Positions 45,601 to 55,200 of a DNA stretch of 64,000 bases are shown here, piece after piece (position 1 is the stretch's first letter; every line of letters starts with the position of its first letter). The translations under genes were made by a program, and so were the position numbers. Source of the DNA: Verrucomicrobiota bacterium (GTDB taxonomy: Bacteria; Verrucomicrobiota; Verrucomicrobiia; Limisphaerales; CAIQOK01); contig JAXMHO010000001.1 in NCBI GenBank assembly GCA_046346715.1, positions 187,051-251,050 on the forward strand, given 5' to 3'. The notes below the pieces were generated by a model. That model had not been told where the DNA came from. It searched no databases and saw only the letters and a program-made list of their open reading frames with translations.

Positions 45601-48600
45601 TGACCATTTCACCGCTGCCGAAGGTCAGCACACCCGAAACTGCGGTGTAGTTCACCCCGGCGGCCGCCGTGCCGGCGGTCGTGCTGTAGGATACAGAGAT
45701 CGTGCCGGACGAGCCGTTGGTGCGCAGCACGGTGATGACTGCGTTGCTGCTGGCTTCACCGAAGATGTAGTTGGTCGCGGCGAACAAAAGCTCACCGGGA
45801 GCCTGCACAGTGTCGATGATGGTAAGCGTGGCTTCAGCCGGCGGCAGGAGCAGCAGGTTTGCGCCATTGCTGGAGACGTCGGTAAGATTGGTCAGAATCA
45901 TCGTGACCGTGCGGTTGCCGCGCGGCAGACCATTGTTGACGACCGGAATCGCGACGTTCTTGGAAATGTCGCCCGGATTGAACACCACCACGTTGCTCAC
46001 GGACTGATAATCCGTGCCCACCACCGCCGAACCGTTGGTTGTGGTCATGAGGATGATGCTGGCCGCGCCGTTGGTGCCGCCTTGGCGGACGACATTGACG
46101 ATTCCCACGCCGCCGGGTGCGTTTTTGGCAACCGAGTAGGTGCTGGAACTCAGGCTGATTCCTGAATCATCGTTGAGAATGCTCACCACGGCGGAAGGCT
46201 GGTTGCCGAGTTGTGCGGGCGAGGTCGGATTTGACAACGCTACATCGAAGGTCAGCGTCGGCGTCACCGTTGCATCGTCATAGATAGGAATGACCACATC
46301 CCGCGAAACTTCGCCGGGCGGGAAGGAAATGTTGGTGACGATGCCTTCGTAGTTGATGGCCTCCAGCGCCGTGACATCACTGGAACTGAGCTGGATGGAA
46401 ACATCGCCCGAGCCGTCGAAGTTCGGGCCGCTGGTGCCGCCGGCGCGGCGGACCGTGACGACGACATTGGAGCTGATTTCGTGGGTCTGATAAGCGGCCG
46501 CGCTGAATTCAAACGAGCCGGAACCCGCGAGCGAACCGCCGTAGATGCGGACCAGATGCGGATGAGACTGGCTGTCGTAGGTCGTGAACGTGCCGCCGAG
46601 AACAATGTTGCCGTCGGGCTGAATCAACACCGCAGCCACGGACGCATTGGCACCGGTGCCGAAATTGATCGTCGGATCCACCGAGCCGTCCGGATTGAGC
46701 CGAGTGATGCGGTTGCGGGTGACATCATTGCAGCGGGTGAAATCGCCCACCACCACGATCCGGCCGTCCACCTGGACCGCCATTGCATTCACATTGGCGT
46801 CAGCGCCCACTCCCGGATTGAAGCTGGTGTCCACGCTGCCGTTGCTGTTCAGGCGGGCGAGGTGGTTCAGCGCAAAGCCATCCACATCCGTAAACAGGCC
46901 GCCAATCAAAATCTGACCATCGGGCTGAACCGTGATGGCGCGCACGGAATCATTGGCACCGCTGCCCGGCTGGAACGACGTATCCACCGAGCCATTCGGA
47001 TTCAGACGAGCCACGTGATTCAAAGGAGCACCGTTGAAGGTGGTGAAGTCGCCGCCGACCAGGATCTTGCCATCCGGCTGAACGGCGAGCGCGTAGATGG
47101 TTCCGTTGGCGCCGGTGCCGGGATTGAAATCATTGTCCACTGCACCGCCGTCCATCAACTGGGCCACGGAGTTGCGGGAAACGCCGTTGAACAAAGTGAA
47201 CGCGCCGCCGACCACAATCCGCCGTTGGCCGGTGACAAAGGTTTCACCGAGGGCATAGATGGGGTTGTTCGCGCCGGAGCCGGGATTGAAGGAACTATCC
47301 AGCGAGCCATCCAGATTCAACCGGGCAATCCGGCGGAGGATGGTGCTGTTGACGTTGGTGAAAAAGCCGCCGATCAAAATCCGGGAGTCGGTCTGGGCCA
47401 GCACCGAACGCACGGTGGCATTGGCTCCCCACGTGGTCAGATAAGTGGAGAAGTGCGTGTCCAACGTGCCGTCTGGCTTCAACCGGGCGATCCGCTGACG
47501 CGGAACTCCGTTGGCCGTGGTGAAATCACCGCCCACCAACAAACTGCCATCAGCCTGCAGGTCGAGGGCAAAGACGGAATCATTGAACCCTGCCAGACTG
47601 CTGTAGGTCGTGTCGGGTTTGCCGGCCGGCTGGTTGAAGGACTCGTCATCGGTGATGTTCAACAAGGCCTGAATCGGAGAACCCTGCGCGCCGCCGGGAA
47701 CAAATCCGCTAAGTTGCAAGGTCAGGAACCGGGTTGGATCCGACGTGCCATTGTTGATGATCGGCACGTGAATCAGCTTGCTGACTTCGCCGGGGCCGAA
47801 GAACAAGGTTCCGCTGGTGTCACCGTAGTCCGTGCCGGCGAAGGCCGTGCCAGGAATGGTCGCATAATTCACAGCGATCGATTCCGCCGAACCGCCGGTG
47901 CGAACCACCGGGATGATGGCGTCGCTGCCATTTTCATTCACCGTGTAAACGGGCGCGCTGAATTGAACGGTGCCGACGGCATCCATGTTCGAGATGACCA
48001 AGGTTGCGCTGGTGAACAGCCCGTTTAGAACCAGACTGTTGTTCGTTCCATTCACTTTGCCGTTGGTCAGGTTGATGTCGACCGTGAGGTCAGGCGTTAC
48101 CAGGCCATCCGGGAAAATGGGAATCGAGACGGTCTTGGCGCTGACATCGCCATTAGCCCAGGTGAGGACCGTGCTGGACGAAATGAAGTTCACACCATCC
48201 GACGCCGAACCCGCAGTCACCTGAACCGTCACGCTTTCCACGTTCAAGCTGCCACCCAGACGGTTCACCGTGATGACCGCCGGACTTTGCGTTTCACGAA
48301 TGCCGTAGATATCCGAACTCAAGCTGAGATGTCCGGAGGAGAAATCGTCATCCACGATCAGCAACTGGGCATTCGTGTTACCCAGGCTCGCGCCGCCGCT
48401 AGGCGTGAACAGGTTCAATCCCACGGTGCGATCCTGCTGGGCGATAAAGTTGTTGAGCAATGCGACCGAAAACGTTTGATTCGTCTGGCCGGACCCAAAA
48501 GTCAGCGTGCCGCTCTTGGCCGTGAAGTCCACGCCCGGAATGGCCGTGCCGTTCGTGGTGGTGGAGTATTTCACCGTCACCGTGCCAGCACTGCCCGTGG

Positions 48601-51600
48601 CGCGGTTGACGCTGATGATCGCGTTGCCGGCATTTTCATTGGTGACATAAACCGACGAGCGGAAGCTGAGGATGCCGGCCGAATTGTTGTTGTGAACAAT
48701 GCGCAGAGGTGCCGAGCTGCGTCCCAAGGAGACCCCCAGCGGAATGTTGAGTCCGCCCAGCAGGAAGGTTTCCGTGCCAATCGGCTGGGTCAGCTTCAGA
48801 TCAATCTCCGTGTCCGCGTTGTTGTTGCTGATGATGTTGATGTAAACCGGGCTGGCGAGGTAAACATGCGCTCCGTCAACGGCGGTCTCGTCGTTGTTGG
48901 GGCCGGTCAAGCCGTCGCTCATCATCCAAGTTCTCGACCAGGAGGAACGCCACAGCGGGGTGGCGGGGTTGAAGGTATAATCCACACCATACGCGGCGGA
49001 ACCAGGTCCCGGCGGACGGGGAATGGCCTCCAACTGCGCGCTGACCTGACCCAACGTGCCGTTGGCGCGGGTCAGCTGCACAAAGTATGTCGGCGAGGAA
49101 GAGTCCGCCGTGTAGCTGGGCTCGAGGCTGATCGTGCCGGAACCCGGAGTGGCGCCACCAATGATGCGCGCCACGTTGCTGCGCTGCCGGATGTCTTCCC
49201 GGCTGAAACCGCCGCCCACCTGCTGGAATTTACCGCCGATGATGATGTTGCCGTCGGGCTGGACATCGATGCCGTACACCGGGTTCGGCGCATTGACGTT
49301 GGAGTCGTGGTAAGGATTCACCAAGCCGGCAAACTGGTTGTAGGCCGTGTCCATGAAGGTTGTGTCCACCGCGCCGGCCGTGGTCAACCGCGCGAAGCTG
49401 ATGCGCCGGCTGCGGTTGATGCTGTTGAACACGCCGCCCACCAACACCGCGCCGTCCGACTGGAGTTTCAGGCTGTAAACAATGTCATCCGCGCCAACGC
49501 CGACATCAAAGGTCGAGTCCCATGAACCGTCGTTGTTCAACCGGGCAATTCCTTTGCCGCCGAGGTTGTTGAAAGCGTTGAAGGCGCCGCCGATCAGAAT
49601 CTGGCCGTCGTTCTGGATGGCCAAGGCGTAGATGGCGTCATCGGCGCCAAAGCCGGTGCCAATAAACGTTGAATCCAAGGTGCCGTCCGCATTCAAGCGG
49701 GCGATGCGGCTGCAGTCAACGCCATCCACCGTGGTGAAATCACCGGCGATGACAATTTTGCCATCGGACTGAACCGCCACGGAATAGATTGTGCCGTTGG
49801 GGCCGGTGCCGGGATCAAACGAGGAATCCAAAGTGCCGTCGGGATTCAGCCGGGCGATGCCATTGCGGCCCACCAGATCATAGGTGGTGAACATGCCGGC
49901 GATGACAATCTGGCCATCGGGTTGAACTGCGGCAGCATATACCGGGAGGTCCGCGCCGAAGCCGGGATCGAAGGAATTATCCAGCGCACCCGAAGTCGTC
50001 AGCCGGGCGATGCCGGAGCGGAAGGTGCCGTTGTAGGAACTGAACCCGCCAACGAGAACGGCCCGCTCGGAACTGTCCAGCACCACCGAGTTGATGAAGC
50101 CATCCGCACCGGAACCAGGATTGAAGCTGGTGTCCAGCATGCCGCCTTTGCGGACGCGGGCGACGCGGTTCCGGGGCGTGGTGTTGTAGGCGGTGAAGTC
50201 ACCGGCGATGATCGTTGACGAGTCGGATTGCACCGCGACGGAATACACCGTGCCATTGGCACCGGGATGCAGGTTGGCGGGCGGAGTTGTGGTCGGATAA
50301 TTGTCGGGATTGTAACTGCGGTCCACGGCACCGGCCGCCTGCTCGGCAGTGGCCCATTCGCCGTTGGCGTCCGGACTGGCGGCGATAGAGGCATCAAAAA
50401 CAATTGTCAAAACACAGCTGTCCACATTGCCGATGACGCCGTTTTGCGGCGCGTTGCCGGAGCTGCGGTCGAATTGGATGAAGATGTCCTCGTTGAACTC
50501 CACGAGGTCATCGTTGTGAATCGGAATGTCGATGAACTTGATCGCATCATCATTGGCGCCCCAGGTCAGCGTACCGCTGGCGGGGACGTTCGTGAAGTCC
50601 ACGTTGGCTGAGTATTTGGTGGCATTGTCGGGCGTGGCGTAGTCCGAACCCGGCTGCACAGGAAACGTGTTGTTGCGGCCGTATCCGTTGTTGCCCGTGG
50701 TGTCGATGATGTAGTGCACTGATGAACCGGAGGAGAAATTGGTGCCGGAGCGGACGACGCCAACGCGGGCCAGCGTGGTGCCTTCGTTGCAACGCAAAGT
50801 TGCGCGTTCAAAGTTGAAAATGGAATTGGTCGAGGGGAACAGGCCCGTTGCGCCCGGCACTGAACCGGTGTTCAAGAAGGTGACCGTGGCCGTCCCGTTC
50901 AACGCGTCTATCTGCGGCAGGCCCGGAGTCTGACCTTCGGCCGCGTCCAAGGTCGCGTTGGTGAGAGTGACAATGAGGTAACCGTTCACACCCGCAAAGT
51001 TCGGCACCGAAGCCGGCACATAAATGTCGGCGCTCATCTGCCAGTCATTGAAAATGACCGAGCCTTGGGCGAATGCCGGCGGCACGGTGGAGGTCGCCAG
51101 AAAATTGGTGCCACTGGTGGTGGAGCAGAAGGTCACCGTGGCCGGGGGCGGCGGAGTGGCGACACCATAAACCGGCGGCCAGTTCTCGGGAATGTCACAG
51201 AAAGGGGCATTGCTGAAGACAACACCCGTCACCCGAGAGGAGAAGATGCCGTTGCTGTAGGTGGTGATGGAACCCGGCAGATCAATGGTGCTGCTGAAAA
51301 CACCGTTGTTGAAGTTTTGATAGACCACCCGCACCACCATGTTGCTGATCATGGTGTTGTTGGTGTCGATGGTGCCGAAGTAGTTCGTGTAAAAAATGTT
51401 CGTGTAGAGGCTGCTGGTAATGGAGTAGTCCACCTTGACCTTACCGGAGTATCCGCGGTAACGAGTCACCGTGGCGCGGGCCGGCAGACCGAAGGTGGTG
51501 ACGCTGGCGGTGCCAAAACTTTCGTTTTGGCTGTAGCGATAGGCGGTGGATGTCAGTTGAAACTGCCCAGGCCAGTTCGCCCCGACCGCGTTCCAGTTCA

Positions 51601-52102
51601 AGATGTAATCACCTTCGTCCGCAAAGAACAAACCCGAGCCGAAGCCATTGACCGAAATGTAGTAGGTCGTTCCCTGTACCGCCGTGAACGTCATTTTGCT
51701 CGTCAGACTCGGGCCGCTGTCGTCGTCGGCGGCGACCTGGGTCAGGCTGGACACACTGCTGCCGGTGTAAGCCGCCAGCACCGTGTCGAACACGCTATTA
51801 AGGGTGTCAAAGGTGACGTTGCCATTGAGCGGGGCGGTCCAGCTGTACCAGACGGAGGATCCCAGCGGGATGGTGCCGGTCGGGGTGGCAACCACGGTCG
51901 GTTCTCCCAGTTCCAAGGTGGCATTAGTGTTGGAACCAGTCACCTGACCGAGCAGGCCGGTCACGGGAATGGCGTCGAGGAAATTGTCATTGGCGGGCTG
52001 GGCCAGCACGGTGGCCGCCCCCAAGATAACGCCGGCCCAGGCCGCGAGCTGAAAGGCTTTCAACCACGCCGGCACGGTGAATAATTGTCGCACTGTTCGC
52101 AT
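42671..52102 (-). CDS. about 3143-aa secreted giant protein: PPC-like domain, two 8-repeat delta-60 propeller blocks, about 10 Calx-beta domains, CARDB-like + P domain, DUF11 repeats, FYR C-terminal domain
   Basis: The track start at 52129 is TTG. ATG 52102 gives MRTVRQLF...GAATVLAQ/P. Delta-60 repeats (DGxLDxSFNPGxGAN...QPDGKILVGGxFT) span aa ~603-992 (49154-50323) and aa ~1505-1865 (46535-47617). Calx-beta signature GTDYxxxSGTLxFxxGE. Ends ...KYFRLHGP. Confidence 0.85.
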   Translation of the reverse strand: MRTVRQLFTVPAWLKAFQLAAWAGVILGAATVLAQPANDNFLDAIPVTGLLGQVTGSNTNATLELGEPTVVATPTGTIPLGSSVWYSWTAPLNGNVTFDTLNSVFDTVLAAYTGSSVSSLTQVAADDDSGPSLTSKMTFTAVQGTTYYISVNGFGSGLFFADEGDYILNWNAVGANWPGQFQLTSTAYRYSQNESFGTASVTTFGLPARATVTRYRGYSGKVKVDYSITSSLYTNIFYTNYFGTIDTNNTMISNMVVRVVYQNFNNGVFSSTIDLPGSITTYSNGIFSSRVTGVVFSNAPFCDIPENWPPVYGVATPPPPATVTFCSTTSGTNFLATSTVPPAFAQGSVIFNDWQMSADIYVPASVPNFAGVNGYLIVTLTNATLDAAEGQTPGLPQIDALNGTATVTFLNTGSVPGATGLFPSTNSIFNFERATLRCNEGTTLARVGVVRSGTNFSSGSSVHYIIDTTGNNGYGRNNTFPVQPGSDYATPDNATKYSANVDFTNVPASGTLTWGANDDAIKFIDIPIHNDDLVEFNEDIFIQFDRSSGNAPQNGVIGNVDSCVLTIVFDASIAASPDANGEWATAEQAAGAVDRSYNPDNYPTTTPPANLHPGANGTVYSVAVQSDSSTIIAGDFTAYNTTPRNRVARVRKGGMLDTSFNPGSGADGFINSVVLDSSERAVLVGGFSSYNGTFRSGIARLTTSGALDNSFDPGFGADLPVYAAAVQPDGQIVIAGMFTTYDLVGRNGIARLNPDGTLDSSFDPGTGPNGTIYSVAVQSDGKIVIAGDFTTVDGVDCSRIARLNADGTLDSTFIGTGFGADDAIYALAIQNDGQILIGGAFNAFNNLGGKGIARLNNDGSWDSTFDVGVGADDIVYSLKLQSDGAVLVGGVFNSINRSRRISFARLTTAGAVDTTFMDTAYNQFAGLVNPYHDSNVNAPNPVYGIDVQPDGNIIIGGKFQQVGGGFSREDIRQRSNVARIIGGATPGSGTISLEPSYTADSSSPTYFVQLTRANGTLGQVSAQLEAIPRPPGPGSAAYGVDYTFNPATPLWRSSWSRTWMMSDGLTGPNNDETAVDGAHVYLASPVYINIISNNNADTEIDLKLTQPIGTETFLLGGLNIPLGVSLGRSSAPLRIVHNNNSAGILSFRSSVYVTNENAGNAIISVNRATGSAGTVTVKYSTTTNGTAIPGVDFTAKSGTLTFGSGQTNQTFSVALLNNFIAQQDRTVGLNLFTPSGGASLGNTNAQLLIVDDDFSSGHLSLSSDIYGIRETQSPAVITVNRLGGSLNVESVTVQVTAGSASDGVNFISSSTVLTWANGDVSAKTVSIPIFPDGLVTPDLTVDINLTNGKVNGTNNSLVLNGLFTSATLVISNMDAVGTVQFSAPVYTVNENGSDAIIPVVRTGGSAESIAVNYATIPGTAFAGTDYGDTSGTLFFGPGEVSKLIHVPIINNGTSDPTRFLTLQLSGFVPGGAQGSPIQALLNITDDESFNQPAGKPDTTYSSLAGFNDSVFALDLQADGSLLVGGDFTTANGVPRQRIARLKPDGTLDTHFSTYLTTWGANATVRSVLAQTDSRILIGGFFTNVNSTILRRIARLNLDGSLDSSFNPGSGANNPIYALGETFVTGQRRIVVGGAFTLFNGVSRNSVAQLMDGGAVDNDFNPGTGANGTIYALAVQPDGKILVGGDFTTFNGAPLNHVARLNPNGSVDTSFQPGSGANDSVRAITVQPDGQILIGGLFTDVDGFALNHLARLNSNGSVDTSFNPGVGADANVNAMAVQVDGRIVVVGDFTRCNDVTRNRITRLNPDGSVDPTINFGTGANASVAAVLIQPDGNIVLGGTFTTYDSQSHPHLVRIYGGSLAGSGSFEFSAAAYQTHEISSNVVVTVRRAGGTSGPNFDGSGDVSIQLSSSDVTALEAINYEGIVTNISFPPGEVSRDVVIPIYDDATVTPTLTFDVALSNPTSPAQLGNQPSAVVSILNDDSGISLSSSTYSVAKNAPGGVGIVNVVRQGGTNGAASIILMTTTNGSAVVGTDYQSVSNVVVFNPGDISKNVAIPVVNNGLPRGNRTVTMILTNLTDVSSNGANLLLLPPAEATLTIIDTVQAPGELLFAATNYIFGEASSNAVITVLRTNGSSGTISVSYSTTAGTAAAGVNYTAVSGVLTFGSGEMVKTFNLPLLENTLVQGSVGLTLTLSNPTGGATLQGSPSRPVTIVDNDAGFAFASAAYVVSETAGSVILNVQRLNNASGTMQVSYATTNGSAIAGTNYQSTSGVLTFNVGETNKSINIPVLHDLHATSNLTFGVNLSNPTGGGQLTFPSSASVIVLDAEAGLGFTSPTFTVTKSGTNAILTVFCSNPSAEPLAVNYASADGTAVAGTDYTPVSGTLSFTNGAVTNYIIVPIINNALVQGDLNFTVSLSGPTGAGQLISPSTATVTIVDINAGLSFSSPSYTVFKNAVTANINVFRTGYTNSTVSVNYATLDGSGTNGIDYTAVSGTLVFTNGQTNLSFSVPVTDSTTVQPDKTVLLQLSNPIGTNGVLVAPSAAVLTIRDNSGSLIVPAGVALLTESGPVNGVIDPGESVSLLFALRNGGGTNTSNLKATLLATNGVTSPSGTQNYGTLAVGGASASRQYSFIASGSNGQAVVATFLLTNGTASAGSATFTFILGNSAGSFTNAGAISIPLQGAASPYPSTINVSGVGGSLTKATVTLNKLTHTSGADIDALLVSPTGQKTLLMANAGGFNAINGATLTFDDAAAAYLPLNSQITTGTNKPTTFFPVTIFPAPAPAAPYNTNLSTLNGSNPNGTWSLYVLDDTALNSGMISNGWSLNLTTVNLVGSTVDLLATASGASSVIVSNNLTYTLTVTNYGPSTATGVTLTDTLPVNVNYVSSNPSLGSVSVVSGVVTWSPGTLAINTGASLTLVVNPTAVGSITNTCTVAANEADANTVNNTASVITTVDTTKADLVLTVVGTPNPLWGGNNVTYSLLVTNAGPAAASGVAITNILSPSVIFVSAFPGGYTRSGSTVTFTNLGTLAVGGQAVASIVVKTTTGGTITNIAVAASQVVDPAKANNSAIVKTVVDSLDLGVFKSGSNLVISWPTNTAGYVLESATNLISPVWTTVTSPTAVVSNGQYVITISVGSGSKYFRLHGP

Positions 52103-52202
52103 AATGACTTTACAAAATTGGATCTGCAATTCGGACCAAACTCTCTCCCTTCATCCAGGGAGCCAGCAACCCGTCGTCAGCCACGTGAACTCTCGGCCAC
52201 CC

Positions 52203-55200
52203 TCAAGGCAGCGGCACAAACTTGACCTGACCGCTGCGGTTCGTACCGAGGAAGAACCCATAGCCCGCCTCCAGCTTCTGGAGCAGAACGCCTTGGAACT
52301 TCGTGTTGACGTTGATGGGCATGAGTTCGCTGCCTTGGAAAACGCCGTTGCTCTTGGTGAGGCTGAAGCTGAACTGGTTGGCGCCCTGCTTGGGAACCTT
52401 CAGGCTGGAATTCAAGCCGAAGCTGTTGGTCACCGGCTGGGACAGGTTGCCGCCTTCCACGACCACCGCGCCGTTGGTGGATTTGACCGCCGGCTCCACA
52501 AAGGCCGATCCCACCACGCCAAGCTGGTTGGTGAAGCCCGCCGGATAGTATTTGCGATATTTGGACGGCAGGTTGCCGGGCTTGATCCAGACCGCGTTGC
52601 CACTGAGGTCGCTGTCCGGCTGGTTGGTGTCGAAATGCATCCAGCCCAGCAGCAATCCGGCACCACCGTAAGGCGTCAGGTAAAGCGGCCACAGGCCCTG
52701 GCTGGAAATGCCGCTGCTCTGGGTTTCAGGAATGGAGGTGCCGTCACCCAAGGCGCCGCTCCATTGAACGGTGCCGTCGGTCTTGAGACGCAAGGCGGCA
52801 AAACCGTGACCCGCCGGGCTGTTCGTGCTGGTCACGTCGTCGCCGGGGAACACCACCGAGAACTTGCTCTTCACTTGCGCGGTCTGGCGATCCGCGCGCA
52901 GCACAGCCGTCCAGTTGGAGCTGGCCACCGAGCCGTTGATCTGACCACCGCCGGTGGTATCCAACAAGGCGTCAAGATTCAGCCGGAGCGAACGCTTGTC
53001 GGCCGACAGATTGGTTTTGACGAAATGGCCGTTGGTGGCAAACGCGCCGGAGAAGGAATACGTCTTGCCGGCCAGCTTCAACGCGCCGGTGACCTTGCCT
53101 GACTTCGTGACGGTGGCCTTGAAGTAGCCCGCGCTGGCCGTGGCCACGCCGTTGGTCTCGTAAAACAACCCATGGTAGGTGCCCTGAGTCAGGGTGAAGA
53201 GATTGGTCACACCGGAGCTGCTGCCGCCTGATCCAGATTCGCCCGGGAAGGCCAGAACCGTTGAATCCGAGCCGCCCTCATGACCGGAGTGCAACGTGCC
53301 ACCAAGGTTGATGATGGCGAGCGTGCCGGAATCGCAGTCGCAAGGCCGGTTGGTGGAGACCACGTCGAAGTTCCAGGAAAGCGGAATGGGGGTCGCATCG
53401 AAACGATTGACCAAGGTGTCGCCGTCCGAATCAATGTTTTCACTCTCCACCAACGCCTGGTTGAAGCTGCGCGTGAGGAAGTCGTTCGGATCAACAATGT
53501 TCGTCGCACTGAAGATGCCGGCATAATTGCTGACCCAGTAGAAGCGACCGCTGTTGCCGCCGTTCATCTGGCTGGAACGGTGCAGTTGTTCTGCGATGGA
53601 AACCCCGTTGGCCGTTGCCTGGGCAAAATAGACTTTGATGTTCGAACCAATGTTGATGTTGGTCAGACCGGCCGGACCGAAATTGGTGATGCTGCCCAAA
53701 AGCTCCAGACGATCCACGTAGAGGGCGCTGCCGGCGGCGGTGCCGGTGAAGCTGAATTTGCTGCCGGCATTGCCGTTCAGCACCAGACGGCCGACGGCGA
53801 GGTTGTTCGAGAAACCAAGCGGAGAAACACCACGGTCCTTGCCGGACCACGTCATGATGACGTTGCGGAACGGCGCGGCATTGTTGCTGATGGTGGTTCC
53901 AAGCAGGTTGCCGTTCACCGGCTTGGTCAGGAATCCAAAGTCGCCGCTGAGCGCCATGAAGTTGCCGTTGCTGACCACGCCGAGCACGGGTGTGTTGGTG
54001 TCAACGACGTGGCCGAACAGATTGTAGGAGCTGTAGCCGTCGGAGAAACAGCCCGTCGGCGAGATCGTCAGCCGGCCGCCAGCCTGAAGCACGTGGTTGC
54101 TGATGACGAGATTGTCGGCCGTAATGGAGACATCGCCGCCGCCTGACAGTGCGCTGATGGTGCCATTGGTGAGGTAGGCGCAGTTCGCCACGAGGCTGAA
54201 ATTGCCCGACGTGCCGCTCTGGAACACGCCGTCGTTCACAAAGTAGTTCGCACGGATGAAGCTGCCGGCGTTGGTGATGAATCCATGGTTGATGAAGGTT
54301 TGATACGGCGTCGCCAAGTTCGGATCGGCGAAGGGTCCGGTCATGTTGCCCGCAAAGCTCATCAAGGTGGGCGACGTGATCACGCCGTAGTTGGTCAGAT
54401 ACTGGAGGCGCGGCAAGGCGGTGGACCAGTTGATGTCGCGGTTCAGAAGATTGATCTGCCCCATCGAGTTGAAGCCGCCCTCACCATTCGCCGTGACGGT
54501 CAGGCGCTTGGTGTTGATCTGCATGCTCCTTGTCACATTCAAGCTGTCGCTGATGACGATGGCGTCATCGCCGCCACCAATGTTGGTGGCGGTGAGCGAG
54601 AGCGTCTGAATTTTCGGCCGCGTGACGGGGTCAAAGTTCGCGTCCACGAACAGCACATGAAAGCGGTTCGTGGTGTTGGACAGGAAAAAGTTGTCGATCC
54701 ACGTCATGCTGTAGCAACTGACCGTGCCGTCCGGCGTCGGGAGGTAGGGAACGACGAGGTTGGTGATGGCGAGGAGTCCGTTCGTGCTGCGGAGCAGGAC
54801 GTCGAGATTAGGCGACTGAATCAAAGCACCGGAGCTGCCTTGGAAATGGTTGGTGGCCTTCAGCAGCAGGTAGGACAAGGCCGAGATACGGCTGTCCGCA
54901 AGGTCCAGCGCACCATCGGCACGGATTTCAATGCGTCCCGGCATGTTGGTGACGTCTGAGTGCACCTCCACGCCAGGGGTCTGGGCTGAGGCACTGAAGA
55001 TCGCCTGATAGGCCGAATACTGAGGCGTGGTGAAGAACAGGTTGTTGTTGAAAATTCCCAGCGGGCTGCTGGCCGGCACGGCCGGCGCGTTGGACGCATT
55101 GCCGTACGGAGTCATCGAAAATGAAAAATTATAAGGCTGGTAGGTGAACTTGTTGCCGATGTTGCCATGAACCAGCGTGTTCGCATAGTTGGTGGCAAAT

